Part shown: piece after piece, positions 1-10,148 of the stretch
Layout: the number at the start of each line of letters is the position of its first letter
How positions within the stretch are numbered: position 1 is the stretch's first letter
Assembly: GCA_050015075.1 (NCBI GenBank)
Contig: JBEKCB010000009.1
Location: 32,001-96,000 of the forward strand
DNA: 64,000 nucleotides
Direction: 5' to 3'
Source of the DNA: Candidatus Brocadiia bacterium
GTDB lineage: Bacteria > Planctomycetota > Brocadiia > CAIUPP01
Translations under genes and position numbers: made by a program
Notes under the pieces: generated by a model
Seen by the model: only the letters and a program-made list of their open reading frames with translations
What the model was told of the DNA's origin: nothing
Database searches by the model: none

Positions 1-1046
1 AGAAGAAGAGTGAGCCGCCGTCCCTGACGTTCGGCAACGTGCTCGGACAGGAGCGGGCCAAGCTGCTCCTGGCCGCGGCGTTCGCGCCGGAGCGGCTGGG
101 GCATGCCTACCTGTTCACCGGCCCCGACGGGGTCGGCAAAACGCTCCTCGCGCAGGAGGCCGCGCAGGCGCTGCTCTGCCGCGGCGACGGCGCGCGCCCT
201 TGCGGGGCCTGCCAGGACTGCCGGCTCTTCGCCCATGACTCGCACCCCGACTTCCTGCTCCTCGAACCCGAAGGCGACAGCCGCGTCATCAAGATCGATA
301 AGATCCGCGACCTCATCCACACGCTCAGCCTGATGCCCGTCCAGGGCGACCGCCGCGTGGCGATCATCCGCGAGGCCGACGCGCTTCAGGAGCCGGCGGC
401 CAACGCGCTGCTCAAGACCCTCGAGGAGCCGCCGGCCTCCGCGCTGCTGATCCTCACCTCGTCGCGGCCGCGCGCCCTGCTGCCGACGCTGCGCTCGCGC
501 TGCCAGGAAATCCGCTTCGAGCCGCTCTCCGCCGAGCACCTGCGCGCCATCCTCGACGACCGGCCCGGGCTCGACGAGGAGGACGTCGCCGCCGCCGTGC
601 GCCTGGCCGGCGGCTCCGCGGACCGCGCGCTCCAGCTCATCGAATCCGGTTGCCTGGAAATCCGCAGGAAGACGCTCGCCCGCATCCTGGCGCTGCCGGC
701 GGAGGACGTGTTCGATCTTGCCGACGACGTGCTCGACTGGGCCAGGGCGGCCGCGAAGCAACTCGAGCCGCAGCGCGAGCGCCTCCGCGCATTTCTCTAC
801 ATGCTCGAAAGCACCTATCGCGACATCATGGTCCGCGCGGTGTGCGACGGCAAAGAGGGCCCGCAGCAACCCGCCCTGAGCGAAGTCGAAGGGCCCGACG
901 CCGCGCAGCGGCTGCCGCCCCGGCGGCTGCTGGGCATCCACGAAGCGGTTTGCGACGCGCGCCGCCAGATTGACGCGAACGCCACGATTGATTTCGTCCT
1001 GCAGGACCTCTTCGAGCGAATCGCCCGCCTGCAGCAAGCCACCTGA
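1..1046 (+). CDS. holB: DNA polymerase III subunit delta' (frame is open back to the window edge; start uncertain)
   Basis: HAYLFTGPDGVGKT Walker-like motif, CxxC zinc module (CGACQDC), HPDF, AANALLKTLEEPP, LLPTLRSRC. Confidence 0.93.
   Translation, partial: KKSEPPSLTFGNVLGQERAKLLLAAAFAPERLGHAYLFTGPDGVGKTLLAQEAAQALLCRGDGARPCGACQDCRLFAHDSHPDFLLLEPEGDSRVIKIDKIRDLIHTLSLMPVQGDRRVAIIREADALQEPAANALLKTLEEPPASALLILTSSRPRALLPTLRSRCQEIRFEPLSAEHLRAILDDRPGLDEEDVAAAVRLAGGSADRALQLIESGCLEIRRKTLARILALPAEDVFDLADDVLDWARAAAKQLEPQRERLRAFLYMLESTYRDIMVRAVCDGKEGPQQPALSEVEGPDAAQRLPPRRLLGIHEAVCDARRQIDANATIDFVLQDLFERIARLQQAT
873..894. repeat. REP-like palindrome GCCCTGAGCGAAGTCGAAGGGC in frame inside holB (PALSEVEG)
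   Basis: Same motif recurs at 7298, 8672 and 29569, and degenerately near 10036. Confidence 0.7.
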
Positions 1047-1129
1047 GTTTTTGATCTCGGCTTAAGGAGAAATAGGGCTTCTTGCCTCGTAGCGCGAGCC
1101 TGTCTTCTCCTGCCTTCGGTCTCCCGTTT

Positions 1130-2587
1130 TCACTTCGCCCCGCCCACGAAGGTCACGTCGGACACGTGCGGGCGGATCTCCAAGTGCACTTCCTCCGCGT
1201 TATTGCATCGCCGGCCGTTCACGCGCACGTTCTCGATCGTGACGCCCTTCACGTCGTGCTCGGCGTCCAGCCCCTGGAAACGCGACGGGAGGAAAAGTTT
1301 GCTCGTGACGGTGATGTCCTTGAAGACCACATTCCGCACCACGCCGTGATTCGGGTCGGCCGACCAGGAGTTCGGCTCGATGACGATATACATGAGATAC
1401 GGCCGGTAGTCGTCCTTCGGATCGGTCACGTACTTCTCGTCGCGGGTCTTCTGAATGACCGGCCGCAAGTTGACGTCGTCGGCCTCCACGCGGATGTTCT
1501 CGAAGCGGATGTCGTGCACGTTGGCCCGGTGGCCGTGCTGGATATCCATGGCGATGTAGTCGGTCCGGATGATGTCGCAGTCGCGGAAAACCACGTCGGT
1601 GATCTCCGGCGTACTGGTCTCCGCGCCGATTTCCAGCGCGCGGCCCCAGTCGTTCCAGATCACGCACCGCTCGACCAGGATCCCGCGCACCGGCCGGTCA
1701 ACGAATGAAACGGCCGATTTGCCTCCGCCGCCGCCCATCAAGCCCTTCAGCACGATGCAGTCGTCGAAGGCCCGCACAAAGCAATCGTGGACGTGAATAT
1801 CCTGGCTGTTGCAGAGATCAATCCCGTCCGAATTATACCGCCACAAGCCGACGCACTTGACGTTGCTGATCTCCGCATTGTGGCAGCCGAGGAGCGTGCA
1901 GCACCAGACGTCGGGGTCGCGCAGCACCGGGCCGTCAATCCTGATGTCCGAGCAGTCCCTCAACCGGATCGCGCCGCCGCCCTTGCCGCGCTCGGACTCG
2001 CTGACATCCACGATGCCCCGGCCCAGGATCCGAATGTTGCTGGCCTTCTGCGCCGAAATGCTGCCATACACAACCGCGCCGGCCGCCACGTAAATGGTCT
2101 GGTTGCTCTCCAGGACGATCTTCCCCGGATGATGCACGCCCGGGCCGAAATACTTAACGTTCGGATCGTCAGCCCGCGGCGCCGCCTGTTCGGGCGGATT
2201 GATGAACAGGTGCAGCGCGTTGTGCCACCCGTCCACTTCCACCGTGAGCTGCCCTGGGCCTGAAACGTCGAAGCTGATCTTCCGGCCTTTGACCGACGGC
2301 GTTATTTTTCTGGACAACGGCCGGACCACCACGGACTTTATTTCCCGTTGCGCCGTGACCTGCACGGAGACGGGGCCTGCCGCCTCGCAATAAGCGAAGC
2401 CCGCCAGCTCGGTCTGGTCCATCGGCCGTTGATACCCCGGCCAGACCTGGTCCAACGGCACCGCCGAAACCCGGCAGCAATACACCGGTACCGCGACGCC
2501 GCCGACGACAACCGAGTAGTCCTCCGACAAAGCCTCGCCCGCCGGCGCCGGCTGCACTGAGACCTTCGCTTCCTTCGACTTGCTCAT
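1130..2587 (-). CDS. Pectin-lyase-fold glycoside hydrolase (GH28-like, right-handed beta-helix)
   Basis: YFGPGVH, IYVAAGAVVYG, NSDGID and DDCIVLK motifs; start placed at MSKSKE, where codon usage becomes host-like. Confidence 0.8.
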   Translation of the reverse strand: MSKSKEAKVSVQPAPAGEALSEDYSVVVGGVAVPVYCCRVSAVPLDQVWPGYQRPMDQTELAGFAYCEAAGPVSVQVTAQREIKSVVVRPLSRKITPSVKGRKISFDVSGPGQLTVEVDGWHNALHLFINPPEQAAPRADDPNVKYFGPGVHHPGKIVLESNQTIYVAAGAVVYGSISAQKASNIRILGRGIVDVSESERGKGGGAIRLRDCSDIRIDGPVLRDPDVWCCTLLGCHNAEISNVKCVGLWRYNSDGIDLCNSQDIHVHDCFVRAFDDCIVLKGLMGGGGGKSAVSFVDRPVRGILVERCVIWNDWGRALEIGAETSTPEITDVVFRDCDIIRTDYIAMDIQHGHRANVHDIRFENIRVEADDVNLRPVIQKTRDEKYVTDPKDDYRPYLMYIVIEPNSWSADPNHGVVRNVVFKDITVTSKLFLPSRFQGLDAEHDVKGVTIENVRVNGRRCNNAEEVHLEIRPHVSDVTFVGGAK

Positions 2588-2835
2588 AATCCCAACCTCA
2601 TTTCCAGTGTCGCCTGAACTCTGGGAACCATACAGGCCATTGTGGTGCGAATACATGAGATTAGCTGCACCTACAATCGCAGCCGCAGCACAACATTTGA
2701 TCAGATACTTCCGCACAGTCGGTCTTGCTGGCAGACTTTTCCAACTCATGACAAGCTGACCTCTATATTCTTCAATGGAGTTCAGAGGATAGCGCGGACA
2801 AGTGAGCCTAACCCTTTAAATACCCAGAATCCCAA

Positions 2836-3327
2836 TTAGAAGTTATCCCTGCCGGCGTTTATCACTAAAATAGTCGCATCACCATTCCGTACGTCGATCA
2901 CGCCGATCTTCTCTAAAACGGTCACCTTCATCGGCAGCAATTTCTGCAAAAACGTGACCAAGCACAAGTTCCATTCAGTTCGATATTCTCTGTAACAGTA
3001 TAACTGCATCCCATTAACCCCCGAATATGGGTAAGCAGCAACGAAAATGTATTTGTTACCGTTGCTGGTTACTGGAATAAACTCGGTATATAGCACATGC
3101 CTTTCAAAAGCTGCTACCAACTCCTTGGCATTGCCAAAATGCGATTTATCTTCAAATGTCCATTTGCGAACCGTTTTATCAACGGCATCGGGATTCTCTA
3201 CGTGGACAGTCTCCCCTTTCTCGAGACGCTCATACGGCTTCTCATCCGCAGCGCCGCGGGAACTGCCTCCAAAAGCGAACGCCACGAGAAAGGCAATGAC
3301 TGGCATCATAATTAACTTCCTACACAT
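2836..3327 (-). CDS. Hypothetical exported protein, low GC
   Basis: Signal-peptide-like N-terminus (MCRKLIMMPVIAFLVAFAFGG); AT-rich codons; ORF track start is 3366. Confidence 0.6.
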   Translation of the reverse strand: MCRKLIMMPVIAFLVAFAFGGSSRGAADEKPYERLEKGETVHVENPDAVDKTVRKWTFEDKSHFGNAKELVAAFERHVLYTEFIPVTSNGNKYIFVAAYPYSGVNGMQLYCYREYRTEWNLCLVTFLQKLLPMKVTVLEKIGVIDVRNGDATILVINAGRDNF

Positions 3328-3416
3328 AGGCCACCTCAATTCTTGTCGGAGTTCCTGGGACATCATACTTAATGGCTATTTCCCAATTAATGTAAAAACA
3401 GCATGGAATTTCTCGC

Positions 3417-4706
3417 CTATCCGTGCCGCAAAGGCAGAAGTCTCGGAACGTTCCGCCGCAGCTCCTCGGTCGCCTGCATCCAACGTTCGACATGGAACTG
3501 CCAGGACCGCATAGGCCTGAATTCGCACCGCTGAAAATCTTCGCCGTTCAAAGTCGGCTTCGTGCGCAGTCCGAACTTACCCTCGGTCAACGCGTCCAAA
3601 CAGTACCATGCGGTGCTGATGAGCCAGGGACGCACAGTGTCCTTTGTCGCGCGGATGAGAGCATGAGAATCCACGTTCCCCTCGCCTCTATCCAGAACCT
3701 TATGTCCCTGCTCACCGAAGCCGATGAGTGCCGTTTTCAGCCAACTCTCGCCCTTCCACCGGACGTACCACTCTTTCCATGCGTCCGCCACCTTTCGGCA
3801 ATGGGAAATGCGCCCGATCATAAGCGGAAAGTCCGCTTTCAATGCTTCGCCTTCGACGAGGAGATACCAGCCCGTATGGTCGCCGAGCGCGCTTCTCAAT
3901 GTGTAGAAGGCGTCGTCGTACTCGGAAGAGATTCGGTCCTGAAGGTCGGCGATGTAGTCAAGACCGTTGATCAGCGGTTCTACGGCGTACATCCCGGGCG
4001 CGGCACGCGAGAGGCCGTTGAGGACTTGCTGAAGCGTTCCTGACGCGCCCAGTTCGCTCAGCCGGTTCGGCGATGAAAGAACATCGGGTTCGAGGAGTTC
4101 TGCCGCGTATTCGGGCCCGAAAGAATCGTCCGCTATCGAAGATACGATGGCACAACTCTCGCTCCTGCGCTTGTAGGACTTGCGGTCCGCCGGCCGCGTC
4201 TTGCGAAAGATGCGCATAAGCTCGGCCGCAACCTTCGGGGCTTGGAGTAATATCGTCCGATAGCCGCGCGACTGGGAAATATCGTACCGGTTTTCGACCG
4301 AAACTTTCTCTCCAAGCGCGCTTTCATACTCTTCCCAGGTTACTCGGTGATGCGGGCCTTGGGTACAGACCCTTCTTGGTCCGCCGTCCTTGGAGATAGA
4401 TACTGACCGTCTTTCGTCCGCATCAAAAGGAAATGGTTGCGGCTCTCCGATGTAATCGCCCGCTTGCCCGATGGCGTCCAGAAGCTGAACGAGCGTCGCT
4501 TGTTCATCCACAGCCATCGCTTTGCCCTTCGCTAACGCTGCGGCACGAAGAAAACGTGCACGGACGAGTTCCGGCAGGAGTTCCGGGGATACCAGACCGC
4601 AACGACAGGAAGTGAGCCGTTCTATACTCCCTCGTCCTTCCCTTTGCCTCGCCTGCCGCACAATATACGCCTCGGCTCGGCGCTGCGTCAAGGCGTTTCC
4701 GGACAT
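3417..4706 (-). CDS. Hypothetical protein, atypical codon usage, possibly 5'-truncated
   Basis: 429-aa ORF in a lower-GC patch; no recognisable motif; start uncertain. Confidence 0.5.
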   Translation of the reverse strand: MSGNALTQRRAEAYIVRQARQREGRGSIERLTSCRCGLVSPELLPELVRARFLRAAALAKGKAMAVDEQATLVQLLDAIGQAGDYIGEPQPFPFDADERRSVSISKDGGPRRVCTQGPHHRVTWEEYESALGEKVSVENRYDISQSRGYRTILLQAPKVAAELMRIFRKTRPADRKSYKRRSESCAIVSSIADDSFGPEYAAELLEPDVLSSPNRLSELGASGTLQQVLNGLSRAAPGMYAVEPLINGLDYIADLQDRISSEYDDAFYTLRSALGDHTGWYLLVEGEALKADFPLMIGRISHCRKVADAWKEWYVRWKGESWLKTALIGFGEQGHKVLDRGEGNVDSHALIRATKDTVRPWLISTAWYCLDALTEGKFGLRTKPTLNGEDFQRCEFRPMRSWQFHVERWMQATEELRRNVPRLLPLRHG

Positions 4707-4745
4707 CAGCGCCGGAGGATGCGGCTTCCCCGCGGAAAATTTCCT

Positions 4746-4827
4746 AACCGCCGATGAACGCAGATGAACGCCGATAAGAAACTCAAACGCAATTCGTATC
4801 TGCGTTCATCGGCGTCCATCGGCGGTT
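4746..4827. repeat. Inverted 10-mer tandem-repeat element (AACGCAGATG-type x3, spacer, reverse complement x3)
   Basis: aaccgccgatgaacgcagatgaacgccgat...atctgcgttcatcggcgtccatcggcggtt. Confidence 0.9.
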
Positions 4828-4836
4828 CAACCACTT

Positions 4837-4869
4837 ATTGGATATTGGAAATTCGGATTTGGAAATTGA
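4837..4869. repeat. Heptamer tandem repeat (ATTGGAA-like, x4-5)
   Basis: attggat attggaa attcgga tttggaa att, just after the priA stop. Confidence 0.7.
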
Positions 4870-4876
4870 CGCTGCG

Positions 4877-7105
4877 CTACAGCAGCGACACCGGGTCCAC
4901 GTCCACGGTCAGTTCAACGCCTTCGGCGCGGCGGCGGTCTACGCCGCGGAGGGCATCGCGGAGCGCTTCGGGATCGGGGGCCTTGATGAGCGCGTGCCAG
5001 CGGAACAGGTTGTTGATGCGCCGGATGGGCGCTTCCGCCGGACCGACTACGCTGACCGTTTTGGCCGTCACTCGCGCCCGAAGCGCGGCGACGGCTTCCG
5101 TGCAACGCTTCTGCGTCTGGCCGGCGTCGCGGCCCCTGTAGATCAGCCGCGCGAGGCGCGTGTACGGCGGATAGCCGTACCGCTTGCGTTCCTCCAGCTC
5201 TCGCCGGGCGAACGCCTCGTAGTCGTGTTTCGCCGCGTCGCGGATGCAGGACTGGTCCGGCTCGAAAGTCTGCACGATGACGCGCCCGCCTTTCGGCCCG
5301 CGGCCCGTCCGGCCGGCGACCTGCGCCAGGAATTGAAAGGTCCGCTCGCTGGCGCGGAAGTCCGGCATGTGGATGCTCGTGTCCGCGTTGATCACGCCGA
5401 CCAGCGTCACGTTGGGGAAGTCCAGCCCTTTCACGACCATCTGCGTGCCGAGGAGGATGCGGGATTTCCCGGCGCGGAACGCCTCCAGCACGTTCCCGTG
5501 GCTTCCCCGGGTCTTCATGGAATCGGTGTCCATCCGCGCGACGCTGCCGGCGCCGAAGAGCCGCTGGACTTCCTGCTCGACGCGCTCCGTGCCGGAGCCG
5601 TGGAGCAGCTTGATTCCATGTAGCCCGCAGCTTGGGCATGCCGCCGGCGGCTGCGTCTTGTAGGCGCAGTAGTGGCAGCGGGCGGTGTCGCTCTCGCGGT
5701 GGTAGATCAGGCTCACGTCGCAGTTCGCGCAGCGCAGCACGAACCCGCAGCGCGGGCAACTGATGTACGTGTTGAAGCCGCGGCGGTTGAGGAAGAGGAT
5801 CACCTGCTCGCCCTTCCCGAGCGCGGTTTCCATCGCCAGGCGGAGCCGCCGCGAGAGCAGCGGCGGCAGCCCCTTCTTGCTCAGCTCGGTCGCCAGGTCG
5901 TGAATCTCGACCGGCGGCAGCGGCCGTCCCTCGACGCGGCGCGGGAGCGTGAGCAATTCGTACTTCCCCGAGCGCGCGTTGTAGAGGCTTTCGAGCGACG
6001 GCGTGGCGGAGCCGAGGATGACGAGGGCGTTCTCTTGGCGCGCGCGCCAGATGCCGACGTCGCGTGCGTTGTAGCGCGGGGCGTTCGGCTGCTTGAAGGA
6101 AGGATCGTGCTCCTCGTCCACGACGAGCAGGCCGAGTTTCGGCACTGGCGCGAAGACGGCGGAGCGCGTGCCGACGACGACGTCGGCCCGGCCTTCGTGG
6201 ATCGCCGTCCACTGCTCGCGCCGCTCGGAATCGGTGATGTCGCTGTGCAGCACGCGGACGCGGTCGAACCGCGCGCGGAACCGCGCCACCGTCTGCGGCG
6301 TGAGGGCGATCTCCGGCACGAGGACGATGCCCTGCCGGCCCGAGGCGACGCAGAGGCTCAGCGCCCGCAGATAGACTTCCGTCTTGCCGCTGCCGGTAAC
6401 GCCGTGGAGCAGCGCCACGTGGAACCGCCCGCGCCCGAACGCCGCCTGGATGCGGTCGAGCGCCGCCTGCTGCTCGGGTGTCGGCACCGGCGGCTCGGTG
6501 CGCTCGACGGGAGAATCGAGGAGCGGATCGCTCGCGGCCCTTTTCACCAGGGTCAGGAAGCCGGCCTCGCCGAGCTTCGCGATGACGCTCGCGGCGGCCG
6601 CGGCGAGGCGGGCCAGTTCGCCGGCGGCGATTTCGCCCTGAATCCCTGCCAGCGCGCGGAGCATGCGCGCCTGCCGCGGCGAGCGCTTCTCGATCTGCGC
6701 GGCGTGCGCGAGCAGTTCGTCCGCAGGGCGCGCGGCGGAAACCCACTGGACCGTCCGCGCGACGGCGCCTGTCTTGATGACCGAGGGCAGGACGGCATCG
6801 AGCGTCTTGCCCCAGGAACAGCAGTAATATCGGGCCATCCACTCCGTCAGGTCGCGCATGTGCTCATCGAGGAACGCGCGCTGGTCCAGCACCCCGAGAA
6901 TGTCCCTGACGCGCGCGAAATGGATGCCGGGATCGGCCGAGAACTTGATGCACGTCCCGGTCATCTCGCGCCGGCCGAACGGCACGCGCACCCGCGCGCC
7001 GACCGCGACCGCCCCACGCAGCGCCTCCGGCACCCGGTAATGGAACAGTTTGTCCATGGGCACATTCAACGCCACCGCCGCATAGAGAGGAGGTGCGTCC
7101 GCCAT
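4877..7105 (-). CDS. priA: Primosomal protein N' (replication restart helicase)
   Basis: GARVRVPFG, LLHGVTGSGKTEVY, VVDEEHD, Cys-rich zinc region, GTQMVVKGLDFP, QVAGRTGR. Confidence 0.97.
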   Translation of the reverse strand: MADAPPLYAAVALNVPMDKLFHYRVPEALRGAVAVGARVRVPFGRREMTGTCIKFSADPGIHFARVRDILGVLDQRAFLDEHMRDLTEWMARYYCCSWGKTLDAVLPSVIKTGAVARTVQWVSAARPADELLAHAAQIEKRSPRQARMLRALAGIQGEIAAGELARLAAAAASVIAKLGEAGFLTLVKRAASDPLLDSPVERTEPPVPTPEQQAALDRIQAAFGRGRFHVALLHGVTGSGKTEVYLRALSLCVASGRQGIVLVPEIALTPQTVARFRARFDRVRVLHSDITDSERREQWTAIHEGRADVVVGTRSAVFAPVPKLGLLVVDEEHDPSFKQPNAPRYNARDVGIWRARQENALVILGSATPSLESLYNARSGKYELLTLPRRVEGRPLPPVEIHDLATELSKKGLPPLLSRRLRLAMETALGKGEQVILFLNRRGFNTYISCPRCGFVLRCANCDVSLIYHRESDTARCHYCAYKTQPPAACPSCGLHGIKLLHGSGTERVEQEVQRLFGAGSVARMDTDSMKTRGSHGNVLEAFRAGKSRILLGTQMVVKGLDFPNVTLVGVINADTSIHMPDFRASERTFQFLAQVAGRTGRGPKGGRVIVQTFEPDQSCIRDAAKHDYEAFARRELEERKRYGYPPYTRLARLIYRGRDAGQTQKRCTEAVAALRARVTAKTVSVVGPAEAPIRRINNLFRWHALIKAPDPEALRDALRGVDRRRAEGVELTVDVDPVSLL

Positions 7106-7199
7106 CGAGCGCCGCTTTCCGCCGCGATTCGGTCAGAGATTGAACTGGTCTAACGTCGGCAGAGCATTGTAGCAAAGGCGACTGACACTGTATAAACTA

Positions 7200-8628
<1,429 letters not shown>

Positions 8629-8662
8629 CGAAGCTGCTCAATCGCCGTTAATCATTCGGGAA

Positions 8663-8707
8663 TCCGCCTTCGCCCTTCGACTGCGCTCAGGCCTACGGCG
8701 GACAAGT
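8663..8707. repeat. Nested REP-like palindromes between convergent genes
   Basis: TCCGCCTTC[GCCCTTCGACTGCGCTCAGGCC]TACGGCGGACAAGT. Confidence 0.7.
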
Positions 8708-8719
8708 CGGCAGGCCTGT

Positions 8720-9541
8720 TCATTCTTCCAAGTCTTTAGCCAGGCTCTTGAGCGCGGCGCGGTGAATCTGGCAGACGCGCGAATCGGTCACGTGCAGGAT
8801 CGCCCCGATCTCGCGCAGCGCCAGCCGCTCGAAGTAATAGAGGGTGATGACCAGCCGCTGGGTCTTCGTCAGGCGGAGGATGGCCTCGGCGAGACGCGAC
8901 TTTTCCTCTTCGAGCGATGCGTGGTCCAGCGGCTGCAGGGCCGGGTCGCGCTGCTCGTGCTGCGCCAGGGCGCACTCACCGTCGGGCGCGGCGGAGAGCG
9001 GCATCTCGTCGAGCGAGTAGAACACGTGCGCGCCGGCGCCTTTCAGGTCGGCGAGGTCCTGCGCGGCGAGTCCCGTCCGGTTGCAGACTTCCGCGGAGGT
9101 GGGCGAGCGGTGGACTTCCTGTTCGAGTTGCGCGCTGGCCCGCGCGACGCGCCCGAGTTCCGAGCGCACCGACCGCGGCAGCCAGTCGTCGGAGCGCAGC
9201 GCGTCGAGCATGGCCCCGCGAATGCGAGTCACGGCGTAAGTGTGAAAGCGCACGTTCCGCGCCGGGTCGAAACGGTCGGCGGCGTCAATCAGCCCGACTG
9301 CGCCCGCCTCGAGCAGGTCGCCGCGGTCCACGTGCGGCGGCAGGTGCGCGGCCACGCGGCCGAGCACGTACTTCACCAGCGGCAGATGACCGAGGATCAG
9401 TTTCTCCCGCGCTTTAGCCGAGGAGCGCGCGACTTTGCGCATGCGTCCTGAGTTCGCGTGTCCGTTTTCTGAGGGTTGCCGGCAGGTTCGCGCGCGGCGA
9501 ACCATGGGCTCGGCGATCTGAGCCGACGCGTGGCTGGCCAT
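8720..9541 (-). CDS. FliA/WhiG-family RNA polymerase sigma factor
   Basis: LPLVKYV, GLIDAADRFDP, YAVTRIRGAMLDALRSDDWLPRSVR, EIGAILHVTDSRVCQIH. Confidence 0.92.
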   Translation of the reverse strand: MASHASAQIAEPMVRRARTCRQPSENGHANSGRMRKVARSSAKAREKLILGHLPLVKYVLGRVAAHLPPHVDRGDLLEAGAVGLIDAADRFDPARNVRFHTYAVTRIRGAMLDALRSDDWLPRSVRSELGRVARASAQLEQEVHRSPTSAEVCNRTGLAAQDLADLKGAGAHVFYSLDEMPLSAAPDGECALAQHEQRDPALQPLDHASLEEEKSRLAEAILRLTKTQRLVITLYYFERLALREIGAILHVTDSRVCQIHRAALKSLAKDLEE

Positions 9542-10011
9542 CTGGATTTCCCTTCCCTGCGTAACGGTCGGACGCCGCTTGCAGCGCTCCATCCGTGGGG
9601 CGCCGCCGCCGGCTGCACTTCGATTACCAGCGGAAAAGAGCAAAATCTGTGCCGAGGAGCTACACTCGGCTTTAACTGGAAGGATATTCGAGCGTCGCAG
9701 CGATGCCGCTGAGGCGCCGGATTACGCGATTTTCCGGAAGCCGAATGCGAACATCGGGATGTCGCAACTCCTTGCTTAATAGCCGGCTACGACATGCGAA
9801 GTGAAATCATCGGCGGCAACCCTCCGCCGCGCGCCCGGCGCGCCGATTTGCGTTCAGCGCAAATCCGAAACGAACCATTGTGCGACGACGGCCCGGACAA
9901 GCCCTGTCCGATAATGCACGTTTTGCGGTATTTTTGAACATGTCCGCCGCCTGGCTCTGGAGGCGCGGCAGGTTCATGTGGAACGCACGATTATGGAGCC
10001 GACGCCATAAT

Positions 10012-10083
10012 AAAAGCGCGCAAAGCGCAAAATGCGTCGGGCTTGTCGAAGGCCGTTCGCACTTTTCATTTTGCATTTTCCGC
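10012..10083. repeat. Inverted heptamer element (GCAAAAT / TTTTCAT-TTTGCAT arms) with a degenerate REP-like core
   Basis: aaaagcgcgcaaagcgcaaaatgc gtcgggcttgtcgaaggc cgttcgcacttttcattttgcattttc. Confidence 0.65.
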
Positions 10084-10148
10084 TACTGACCGATAGAATC
10101 CGCGAGTCGTTCCGGCGGTTCCTTCCGCGCCGGCTGTCGAGGGAGCGC

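Noticed and set aside
2588-2749. N-terminal extension of the GH28-like gene in the ORF track
   Set aside because: Composition switches to the low-GC island, so this is more likely chance read-through into foreign DNA.
9640-9680. Sigma28 autoregulatory promoter upstream of the sigma gene
   Set aside because: TAAAG is present on the minus strand but there is no GCCGATAA at the right spacing.
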